A DNA stretch of 64,000 nucleotides, from positions 68,143 through 132,142 of the forward strand of contig CAYZYP010000001.1 of NCBI GenBank assembly GCA_964482695.1. The letters are read 5' to 3'. Position numbers and translations under genes: made by a program. The first letter of the stretch is position 1. Each line of letters begins with the position of its first letter. The stretch is from an uncultured Gammaproteobacteria bacterium. Its GTDB lineage: Bacteria > Patescibacteriota > Patescibacteriia > Magasanikbacterales > GWA2-37-8. The notes below the pieces were generated by a model, which was not told the origin of the DNA, searched no databases, and was given only the letters and a program-made list of their open reading frames with translations. Of the stretch, positions 38,401 to 45,769 are shown piece after piece.

Positions 38401-38895
38401 AAGCCAATTAATATTTTACCTTTTTCTGGCTCGTGGGCTTATATAATATTTAATAATACTAGTTCAACTTTAAATTATACAAATATTATTAGTGGTGGCG
38501 CTTTTCCAGAAATTTATAACACAGCGTTACTAGTCAATAATTCTAATCTTAATTTAAATAATTGTTATTTGTGGAATCACCGCCAGCCAGGGAACGTGAT
38601 AAAAGCAACTAATTCAATTTTGAACTTAGTAGTTAGTGAAATTGGCGCGGACAATCGTTGGCCCAACCCGCTTTTCCCAGGTATGTCTTATTCTACTGGC
38701 ATTGATTTAACTGGTGGAGAAATTTATTTAGAGAGTACGAATTTTGAGAATTTAAATTTTGGTGTTTATTCTCATCAGTTAAATAATCAAATGCCAATAA
38801 TTAAAATTAAAGATATGTTTTTGGATAATTTTATCAATGTTTACAATCAATGGGAACCTTGGGTTGCTTGGCACTATGTGCCATTTGCTTCTTAA
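35428..38895 (+). CDS. Large (1155 aa) secreted/surface protein. It has an N-terminal zinc-phospholipase-C/P1-nuclease-like domain, a Ser/Thr-rich linker, a lamin-tail domain (LTD) and a C-terminal right-handed beta-helix region.
   Basis: N-terminal TM. 'HVLHLIADVSVPAHTRDD' is His/Asp-rich. The linker is 'ASSTIVATSTLFTTTTIFVTSTLVTSTT'. 'VIINEIAWAGVSSDFPKDEWFELYNNTDKEIDITNWKI' has the LTD motif pattern. Gly/Asn-rich repeats follow. Confidence 0.55.
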   Translation: MRRDKFKIFFVIFSIVLIIVVGVIYERASSYDSVLTHPGIVVLAAKLHNDKAERKLTLQEINWLAEGAELEDTPTRWLNHFYDPVSSRGLKGIYLSAKKWAKNSDKQKNYALGDNSWLRAIDDYKKGNYEQAFKALGHVLHLIADVSVPAHTRDDIHIYSDSYEEFVKQNWHALKSRLDQENLTVNNLENIFDQLAFYSNNNFFSDDTIVDSKYKLPSLEFLDVQGDYLISNLDNKDYKLAYKLARFRQSIFDQRFIIYKLDASVLSDYARFLLPKAISYSASVINLFFAEIQNNVPRNLSSERVNVLGQVNQAVGAVVSKGEEIIEKISLLEDQKDVIYENVLNLGDKLDPNESMAEFFVVEDKEKNDDDINNIENVPIETSKEEVKLIELPSIILENNENNSYAYLFTAIAADSDNLTASNTVASVVASSTIVATSTLFTTTTIFVTSTLVTSTTAVTSTIVISTSSIINSSLVFDAATTTDDYYVATSTNQSGVVSPSSTVSDDLSMEVIINEIAWAGVSSDFPKDEWFELYNNTDKEIDITNWKILVSGREIKLENIKNIIIKPYGYYLLEANRTERMIGLEPDALYDLTYGINNQGAKIELFNEQGVKIDEVDCSNGWFFGDNVKYRSMERLDSLADGNDINNWQSNYGPRAEPRTYLGGPIYGSPGMPNFGFISLRGAQENNIVDLTYENNPYVLENYEIPVGKILNIQPGVIVKGYSQLARIDVKGELNINGTIAEPVVFTSGRDNTFGYDLYDTMVGQWNSELAVGKDWQGFRFYPESTGKIDYLEMRYAGADFKLLDNDANTVSEAIRADGANININSSTFYYNGSKTVVLDNTFTSIKNTAFVGGEVAIESKDSNLNLFNLNFDYYSAIDGILSISGDWPKLENLVAGEGTNNLFKFEKIEMKPDDLLNIAAAFIGDDDLDGGVVNNSKVITLFNDWQYLFSELSVEAGVTLRIKEGTNIYLNNRGVIDIKGQLESLGTADKPINILPFSGSWAYIIFNNTSSTLNYTNIISGGAFPEIYNTALLVNNSNLNLNNCYLWNHRQPGNVIKATNSILNLVVSEIGADNRWPNPLFPGMSYSTGIDLTGGEIYLESTNFENLNFGVYSHQLNNQMPIIKIKDMFLDNFINVYNQWEPWVAWHYVPFAS

Positions 38896-38980
38896 AAGAG
38901 ATACTGAAGGCTCCGGCTGGCTTTTGAACAAGGCAAAATCGCCATTGTCTTGAGCCAGCCGGAACCCGGTTGTGGTGCTG

Positions 38981-39232
38981 TTAGTACTGAGCGTTGTACT
39001 CCTCCTGGCTCATCGAGAGAGCCTTCTTCAATTCGTTGTACATTTTTGTTGCTGCGCGATTCAGAGGCTCAGAGCCTCTTTTCCCCTCGATGTAGTTATC
39101 GAGGTGAGTCGCCGTCAGCAGTACCACACCTCCTTGGATTGATCCTCCTACTTCGGCCGGCTTGAGCCGGCTCAAAGCCTCCCTTACCAGTTTCAATGCT
39201 TCTGTTACTGTCGGTTTTTTGGCCGTTATCAT
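38981..39232 (-). CDS. Small (83 aa) hypothetical protein encoded by a locally GC-richer segment.
   Basis: AGGAGG lies 7 nt upstream of the ATG on the minus strand. A hairpin ccggctggct..agccagccgg follows its 3' end. No family was recognised. Confidence 0.4.
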   Translation of the reverse strand: MITAKKPTVTEALKLVREALSRLKPAEVGGSIQGGVVLLTATHLDNYIEGKRGSEPLNRAATKMYNELKKALSMSQEEYNAQY

Positions 39233-39371
39233 TTTACAACCTCCTGTGTTTGGGAGAACATAGCTACTTTATATTATATTTTAGCCAAAAAGTCAAGTTT
39301 GCTGTTTGACTTTTGGCGGTTTTAATATTAAAATATCCAGTATCTAATATTTTAATATCTAATATTTTGTT

Positions 39372-41453
39372 ATGAAAAAACATATTGAACTAGTTGTTAA
39401 GATTTTAATTTACGCCACTTTTCTTGTCCCTTTAATAGTTATACCCAGTTCTTTTATATTTCCCTTTATCGTGCCGAAAATATTAATTTTCCGTTCTTTG
39501 GTAACAGCCATGCTTGCTGGCTATATATTGCTTTTGATAATTAATTGGCAGGAATACAAGCCAAAACTAACAATTTTAAATATAGTTTTAGCCGCTTTTT
39601 TACTTAGTTTTGCTATTTCTACTTTTGTTGGCACAGACGCATACCACAGCTTTTGGGATAATCACGAACGCATGTTGGGTTTGTTTACTATTTTTCATTA
39701 TGTTGCCTATTATTTTGTCTGTACCGCGGTTTTTAAAAACTGGAAAGATTGGCAAATGGCTTTGCGCATTTTTTTAATTGCCGGCACTTTGGTAGCAATA
39801 ATTGGCTTGCTGCAAGTAGGTAATCCGTATTTATTGCTCAATCAGGGAGGCACTCGTGTTGCCAGCACATTAGGCAATTCTATTTATTTAGGCGGTTATG
39901 GATTATTTTTATCTTTTGTCGCTTTTTTATTAATTATCAGAGAAAAATACACTATTTGGCGTTTAGCAGAGGGATTTTTGGGATTATTAGCGGTTTTAGC
40001 CATGTTTTATAGTGGCACGCGCGGTTCTATGCTTGGCTTGGTAGCTGGTGTCGGCGTTTTGTTGGTTGGTTATGTCATTGTTTTAAGAGAACATCCCAAA
40101 ACACGTTTAATTATAGGCGGAATTATTTTGGCAGGAATAGTTTTATTGGGGATTCTTTATACTTATCGACAAACTAATTTTGTTAGCAGTATCCCAGCAG
40201 TTGGTCGTTCGCTTAACACCAGTTTGACCTCGTTAAAAAACAGCCCTCGTTGGATAGCTTGGGAAATAGCCATAGACAGCTTTAAGCAACGGCCAATATT
40301 TGGCTGGGGGCCAAATAACTTTTTTTACGCTTTTAACGATAATTACAATCCACGTTCTTTGGAATTTGGTTATGGTGAAACGTGGTTTGACAACGCACAC
40401 AATATTATTGTCAATACTTTGGCTGTACAAGGGATATTTGGTTTGGTTGTTTATTTATCTATTTTTGTCTTATCAATTTTAGTTTTGTGGAAAACCTTTT
40501 ATCATCAAGGAATTAATAAACATTTAGTTGTTGCTGGCGCTGCTTTTTTAGTGGCTCATTTAGTACAGAATGTTACAGTGTTTGAAAATCCAACTTCATA
40601 TCTTTATTTTATGTTTTGGTTGGCAATGATTAATCAATTAACAATTGCCAGTCCTAAATTTTTAGAAAAAAATAGTGGAGTAGACGAATACAAAACGGCC
40701 AACAGGGCAGATAATAAAAACGGCAGAAAAGACCAAGAGATTGGATATTGGGCGTTTTCTACAGTTAGCGCTTTAACTTTGCTCTTAATTTTTATTTTTA
40801 ATATCCAGCCAGCCAGAGCTAACATGAAAACCCTAGAGGCTTTAAGAATGATTTCTTCGGAATACCCATCTTTGGGTGTAGAGCCAATGAAAGAGGCTTT
40901 GGCTTTTAGCTCTCCGCATATAGATGATATTCGCGCTGATATAGGTCGTACAGTTGGGCAAATAATCAACAGTTCTTATCAAAAGTTAGGATTAGACAAG
41001 AGCAAAGAAATTTTAGATATTGCTTATAATGCTTTGTCGGAAAATTTAACTTTGCATCCTTTGGATATTCGTAATCAATTAACTATTGCTCAATTAGCAC
41101 AGACAAAAGCAATTTTAGAAAATAATGCCAACTATTTGTTAGAAGCGGAAAAATTTTTAGAAGACGCGTTAAAAAAATCTCCTAAACGCCAGCAGATTAT
41201 TTATAATTTATCAAGTATTAAACTACAAGTTAATAAACAAACAGAAGCGGTTCAATTGATGGAGCAGACTATTAAAGACAATTATAAAATAGCCGAAAGT
41301 TATTGGCGTTTGGCTTATACTTATAAAGCTATTGGCCAATCGCAAAAAGCCAAAGAAACTATAGATCTGGCTTATAAAAATAATATTCAATTTAGTGACA
41401 ATGAAAAAGAAATTATCAAACAAATTTTAACAACAGCGACAACAACAAAATAG
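39372..41453 (+). CDS. O-antigen ligase/polymerase-like (Wzy_C family) membrane protein with a C-terminal TPR-repeat domain.
   Basis: ~10 TM helices with 'YSGTRGSMLGLVAGVGV' typical of Wzy_C. The C-terminal 250 aa contain TPR-like helices ('AESYWRLAYTYKAIGQSQKAKE'). Confidence 0.6.
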   Translation: MKKHIELVVKILIYATFLVPLIVIPSSFIFPFIVPKILIFRSLVTAMLAGYILLLIINWQEYKPKLTILNIVLAAFLLSFAISTFVGTDAYHSFWDNHERMLGLFTIFHYVAYYFVCTAVFKNWKDWQMALRIFLIAGTLVAIIGLLQVGNPYLLLNQGGTRVASTLGNSIYLGGYGLFLSFVAFLLIIREKYTIWRLAEGFLGLLAVLAMFYSGTRGSMLGLVAGVGVLLVGYVIVLREHPKTRLIIGGIILAGIVLLGILYTYRQTNFVSSIPAVGRSLNTSLTSLKNSPRWIAWEIAIDSFKQRPIFGWGPNNFFYAFNDNYNPRSLEFGYGETWFDNAHNIIVNTLAVQGIFGLVVYLSIFVLSILVLWKTFYHQGINKHLVVAGAAFLVAHLVQNVTVFENPTSYLYFMFWLAMINQLTIASPKFLEKNSGVDEYKTANRADNKNGRKDQEIGYWAFSTVSALTLLLIFIFNIQPARANMKTLEALRMISSEYPSLGVEPMKEALAFSSPHIDDIRADIGRTVGQIINSSYQKLGLDKSKEILDIAYNALSENLTLHPLDIRNQLTIAQLAQTKAILENNANYLLEAEKFLEDALKKSPKRQQIIYNLSSIKLQVNKQTEAVQLMEQTIKDNYKIAESYWRLAYTYKAIGQSQKAKETIDLAYKNNIQFSDNEKEIIKQILTTATTTK

Positions 41454-41471
41454 AATATAACGTAATTTTTT

Positions 41472-42791
41472 ATGCCGCAGGATGATAAAATTATTCAGAA
41501 AATAAAAGAATTTCCTCGACAAAAAGTTCTGGTAGTTGGTGATATGATGTTGGATAAATTTACTTATGGTGATATTTCTCGTATTTCTCCAGAAGCGCCA
41601 GTACCAGTTTTAAAGAAAATAGCTGATAAATATATTTTGGGAGGAGCTGGAAATGTTGCCAGTAATATTAAAGCATTGGGCGCGCAGGTTTTTTTAGTTA
41701 GCATGGTAGGAGCGGATGAAGCAAAAATACGAGTTTTTTCTTTATTGAAAAAAGCAAAGTTATCTTCGCGTTCTGTTCTTGTTAGTAAAGATGGATCAAC
41801 AACCATAAAACAGAGATTTGTTGTTGGCTCAACACAACAGTTGTTGCGGTTAGACGAAGAAAGCACAGAAGAAATGAATTTAAAAGAAGAAACAGCATTT
41901 TTAAAACAGTTAAAAAAGGTAATACCAGAATGCGATATAATAATTGTGTCCGATTATTGCAAAGGTTGTATAACTTTTAATATAGCCAGAGAGTTGATAA
42001 AATTAGCGAAAAAACATAAAAAAAGGGTGATAGTAGACACCAAGCCAATGCACAGAGATTTTTTCTTAGGAGCGGACATATTTACACCTAATATTAAAGA
42101 AGCGCAAGAAATGTCTGGCGAAGAAAATGTAGAAGAAGCCGGTAAAAAATTAGCTAAATTATTAAAAGCGACGATTTTGTTAACCAGATCGTCGGAAGGC
42201 ATGACGATTTTTAATAAAGATAATTTGGTTCAACACGTGCCGGCAAAATCAGCGCACAGAGTATTTGACGTAACCGGGGCAGGTGATACGGTAGTAGCCA
42301 TTTTAGCTTTATCTTTGGCTAGTGGCCTTAATTTAAAGGAGTCAGCAGAATTGGCCAATAATGCCGGTAGCATAGTAGTACAAAAGCCCGGGACATCAGT
42401 GTTGTCGGCGGCAGAACTGATTTCTAGTTTGGCGGAAATTGATAATGTAGCCACTACGAAAATAGTGCCAAAAGTTTGGGGTTATGAAAAATGGTTGGAA
42501 AATAATGAAAAATATTGTTGTAAGATTTTAGTGATTAAAAAAGATTTCCAATGCAGTTTGCATTTTCATAAAATTAAAGACGAAACTTTTTTATTGGTTA
42601 AGGGTTATTTACAAATGGAAGTGAATAAAAAAACAATTTATTTAAAACCAGGAGATTATATACGCATAAAACCCGGCGACAAACATCGTTTTACTGGGCT
42701 AGAAGAATCAGAAATTTTAGAAATTAGCACTCATCACGAAGAAAAAGATTCTTATCGTTTAATAAAGAGCAGAAGAGTGTTAGTAAAATAA
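41472..42791 (+). CDS. D-glycero-beta-D-manno-heptose-7-phosphate kinase (HldE/RfaE domain I, PfkB family) fused to a C-terminal cupin domain.
   Basis: 'VLVVGDMMLDKFTYGD' and 'DVTGAGDTVVA' are the PfkB anion hole motif. The C-terminal ~115 aa 'KVWGYEKWL...HFHKIKDETFLLVKGYL.....PGDYIRIKPGDKHRF' is a cupin. Confidence 0.65.
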   Translation: MPQDDKIIQKIKEFPRQKVLVVGDMMLDKFTYGDISRISPEAPVPVLKKIADKYILGGAGNVASNIKALGAQVFLVSMVGADEAKIRVFSLLKKAKLSSRSVLVSKDGSTTIKQRFVVGSTQQLLRLDEESTEEMNLKEETAFLKQLKKVIPECDIIIVSDYCKGCITFNIARELIKLAKKHKKRVIVDTKPMHRDFFLGADIFTPNIKEAQEMSGEENVEEAGKKLAKLLKATILLTRSSEGMTIFNKDNLVQHVPAKSAHRVFDVTGAGDTVVAILALSLASGLNLKESAELANNAGSIVVQKPGTSVLSAAELISSLAEIDNVATTKIVPKVWGYEKWLENNEKYCCKILVIKKDFQCSLHFHKIKDETFLLVKGYLQMEVNKKTIYLKPGDYIRIKPGDKHRFTGLEESEILEISTHHEEKDSYRLIKSRRVLVK

Positions 42792-42807
42792 GAATTTACA
42801 AAAGTTT

Positions 42808-43389
42808 ATGAAAAGAGCTATCTTTTTGGACCGGGATGGCGTAATAAATAAAGATCGCGGTTATACTTTTAAAATATTTGATTACGAATTATTGCCCGGT
42901 GTTAAACAAGGATTACAAAAATTACAAAAAGCGGGCTTTGGCTTATATGTTTTAACTAATCAATCGGGGATAGGCCGCGGTTTTTACACAGAAAATGATT
43001 ATTATAAATTTACTAACTATCTATTATCCGATTTAAATTCAGCCGGCATAAAAATAGCAGGCTGTTATTTTTGTCCGCACCATCCAACAAATGGGCAAGG
43101 GGAGTATAAAAAAGATTGTCATTGCCGTAAGCCAAAATCAGGTTTGTTGTTGCAGGCAGAAAAAAAAGATGGGCCGTTTGATTATAGAAAAAGCTGGGTT
43201 ATAGGAGACAGTATCAGGGATATTGAAACAGTAAAAAATATCCATCCCGAAGCAAGAGGTATTCTGTTGCCTAAAAATTACGATACCAATGATGAACTGT
43301 CTATTGAAGCAAAAGAAAAAAATAATAAATCAGTTAATTATTTTGTTGAAAATTTTTTACAGGCTGTTGATTTTATTTTATCTGAATAG
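42808..43389 (+). CDS. gmhB: D,D-heptose 1,7-bisphosphate phosphatase (HAD-IIIA).
   Basis: 'AIFLDRDGVIN', the Zn-binding 'CYFCPHHP....C.CRKP' and 'GDS..D'. Confidence 0.7.
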   Translation: MKRAIFLDRDGVINKDRGYTFKIFDYELLPGVKQGLQKLQKAGFGLYVLTNQSGIGRGFYTENDYYKFTNYLLSDLNSAGIKIAGCYFCPHHPTNGQGEYKKDCHCRKPKSGLLLQAEKKDGPFDYRKSWVIGDSIRDIETVKNIHPEARGILLPKNYDTNDELSIEAKEKNNKSVNYFVENFLQAVDFILSE

Positions 43390-43453
43390 TCATACAACGA
43401 GTAAATATTCCTTGATGTTGACGCTTCGAAGACTATTATTTAATAATTTAGAT

Positions 43454-43936
43454 ATGACAAAGAACAAAATAAAAAAAATAAATGAATTAGTTAAAATCAG
43501 ACAGCAGTTAAGAAAGCAGGGGAAGAAAGTAGTTACCACCAATGGTTCTTATGACATTTTTCATGTTGGCCATGTTCGTAGTTTAGAAGAATCCAAAGCC
43601 CAAGGAGATATTTTAATAGTAGGGGTAAATAGCGATAGTTCGGTAAAAAAATACAAATCAAAAGAAAGGCCTATTGTGCCAGAAAAATTGCGAGCAGAAT
43701 TAGTGGCATCGCTCGCCTGCGTTGATTATGTTTTTATTTTTTCCGAAATTAACCCAATTAAATTTATTAAAAAGTTAAAGCCAGATGTCCATACCAATAG
43801 CGTTGATTATGGTGAAAATTGCGTTGAAAAAGAAACAGTGGAAAAAAATGGCGGTAAAATTTATCTTTTAAAAAAATACAGTGATATATCTAGTTCAGTA
43901 ATTATCAAAAAAATTTTAGCGATGAATCGTAAATAG
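43454..43936 (+). CDS. D-beta-D-heptose 1-phosphate adenylyltransferase (HldE/RfaE domain II, cytidylyltransferase-like), encoded separately.
   Basis: 'VVTTNGSYDIFHVGHVRSL' is the (H/T)xGH nucleotidyltransferase motif. 'ILIVGVNSDSSVKKYK' is present. Confidence 0.7.
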   Translation: MTKNKIKKINELVKIRQQLRKQGKKVVTTNGSYDIFHVGHVRSLEESKAQGDILIVGVNSDSSVKKYKSKERPIVPEKLRAELVASLACVDYVFIFSEINPIKFIKKLKPDVHTNSVDYGENCVEKETVEKNGGKIYLLKKYSDISSSVIIKKILAMNRK

Positions 43937-43957
43937 CAGAGTGTAAATTATATGCAT

Positions 43958-44030
43958 TGCGCCAGCGGAAAACACTTTTTAGAGCACTTGACGTAAGTCA
44001 AGTGGAGCTAAAAAGTGTTTTCCGCTGGCG
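43958..44030. repeat. Nested palindrome F. Outer arms are gcgccagcggaaaacactttttag. An inner hairpin is cacttgacgtaagtcaagtg.
   Basis: Seen directly. It shares termini with E (23343-23452) and G (30395-30480). Confidence 0.75.
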
Positions 44031-44058
44031 TGACGCGTGAAGTTAGACCTAAGAATTT

Positions 44059-45174
44059 ATGTTTTTTGTGAAATTGATATTGAAGAAGATAGTAATGAAT
44101 TTGAGTTATAGTTTTTTAGAATTGTGGGGGAAATTAAAGCAAAATCAGCTTAAAGATATAGAAAAAATTGGCATTTTATTTTTACCGCCATTAGGCATAG
44201 GCGATTTAGTAATGTTATCGCCAGCTACCCAAGAAATAAAAAATATTTTTCCTAAAGCAAAAATAAGTTTGATAACTTGGATACCAACTATTATCAATTT
44301 CAATGGAATAGAATTTGTACCTTATCAAAAAGAAAAAATTAAGCAGGAAAAATTTGATTTATTAATTTCGCCCACTTTGAATTTGCATCATTTACCTTTT
44401 ATTTTTTCTGCTAAATATTGGGTTGGTTACTTTGCCAAAGAAAGATTACAGGCGAATTTTAAAATTGAAAAATGCGATTATGATCCGCAAAATGAACATT
44501 ATTTTTGGCGATCCGTTTGTTTAATAAAATCTCTTAATAAAGAAAGCGGACAAAAGCTGCAAGAGCTAGCTCAAAAAAAGCGTCTGTCGTACCCAGAAAT
44601 AAAAGTTGGAGAACTAAAAGATTATCAAGAAAACGAATTGTTAAAAAGTCGCTATTTAGCAGTGGCTGTATTTTCTAAAATACCGGATAGATTGTGGCCA
44701 ATAGAAAAATACGCGCAAGTAATAGAGCAGGTTTATAATAATAAATATGTTGAAAAAATAGTTTTGCTTGGCGATGATAGTAAAAATAACGCCGCGACAG
44801 CGCGAAAATTAATTGATAATTTAACTTTGCCCAAAACAGCTATCTTAAATTTAACCGGTCAATGTAGTTTGTCCCAAGCAGCCTATATTATTAAAAATAG
44901 TTATTTATTTTTAGGTGCTGATTCCGGGCCGGCTCATTTGGCTTATTTTTTGGCTAAAAAGCCGGTAGCTATTTTTATCACTGTTGAACCCAATTTACGT
45001 TTGCCGTTGTTTATTGGTTTAGATAAAATTAAAACTGTTTATCCTTTTCCATCGCCACCATGTTCTTTGTATAATGGTTTAATGCCAGTGCCGGAAAAGG
45101 TGGTTAAGCAGTACAAAGAGAGGATTACAGTAGACGATGTTTTAAAAAAATTTGCTGAACTTGTAAAATTTTAA
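44059..45174 (+). CDS. Glycosyltransferase family 9 (ADP-heptose-dependent heptosyltransferase-like).
   Basis: 'GILFLPPLGIGDLVMLSPA' and 'FLGADSGPAHLA' are hallmark GT9 motifs. Confidence 0.65.
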   Translation: MFFVKLILKKIVMNLSYSFLELWGKLKQNQLKDIEKIGILFLPPLGIGDLVMLSPATQEIKNIFPKAKISLITWIPTIINFNGIEFVPYQKEKIKQEKFDLLISPTLNLHHLPFIFSAKYWVGYFAKERLQANFKIEKCDYDPQNEHYFWRSVCLIKSLNKESGQKLQELAQKKRLSYPEIKVGELKDYQENELLKSRYLAVAVFSKIPDRLWPIEKYAQVIEQVYNNKYVEKIVLLGDDSKNNAATARKLIDNLTLPKTAILNLTGQCSLSQAAYIIKNSYLFLGADSGPAHLAYFLAKKPVAIFITVEPNLRLPLFIGLDKIKTVYPFPSPPCSLYNGLMPVPEKVVKQYKERITVDDVLKKFAELVKF

Positions 45175-45176
45175 TT

Positions 45177-45767
45177 TTGATTATGAAATATTTACGTTAT
45201 TTATTTAATTATTTATTATCATTACTGTACGATGTTTATTATTTTTTCTTTGGCGATATTCGTTCGCGTGTACAAAACATAAAATATTATCAGACAAGCA
45301 AAGCTTATCCCGGTTATTTAAAAAAAGGAAACATGGCCGAAGCGGTTAAATCTTTGGCTTTGTTTTATTGCCAAGGCAAAGGCTTGGATATTGGCGCTGG
45401 TAAGTGGGCTTTGACAGGATCTAGACCAATAGAAAATAGCAAAGAAGAAAATGCTTACAAAATATCCGAGCCAGATAATAGTTGTAATTTTGTTTTTTCT
45501 TCTCATAGTTTAGAACATTTGTCAGATTGGGAAAACGCTCTGCAAGAATGGTTTAGAGTATTGAAAACAGACGGTGTTATCTTTTTATATCTACCGCATC
45601 CGGTTTGCGAAATGTGGCACGTTGGCGTAAATAAACAACATTTGTGGGCGCCAGACAGCGAATTATGCCAGAAATTTTTGGTTGATAAATTAAAGATGAA
45701 AATTGAATTAGCAACTACGTTACCAGATGGCTATTTAAGTTTTGTAGTAGTAGCTAGAAAGGTTTAA
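45177..45767 (+). CDS. Class I SAM-dependent methyltransferase.
   Basis: 'GKGLDIGAG' motif I and a downstream 'VIFLYLPHP' motif. Confidence 0.5.
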   Translation: MIMKYLRYLFNYLLSLLYDVYYFFFGDIRSRVQNIKYYQTSKAYPGYLKKGNMAEAVKSLALFYCQGKGLDIGAGKWALTGSRPIENSKEENAYKISEPDNSCNFVFSSHSLEHLSDWENALQEWFRVLKTDGVIFLYLPHPVCEMWHVGVNKQHLWAPDSELCQKFLVDKLKMKIELATTLPDGYLSFVVVARKV

Positions 45768-45769
45768 CT

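Noticed and set aside
38950-39165. 71-aa plus-strand ORF (MSQPEPGCGAV...).
   Set aside because: It lies antisense to the minus-strand 83-aa gene, which has a perfect SD. It has no SD of its own and a low-complexity Pro/Ser/Arg composition typical of spurious ORFs in a GC-richer patch.
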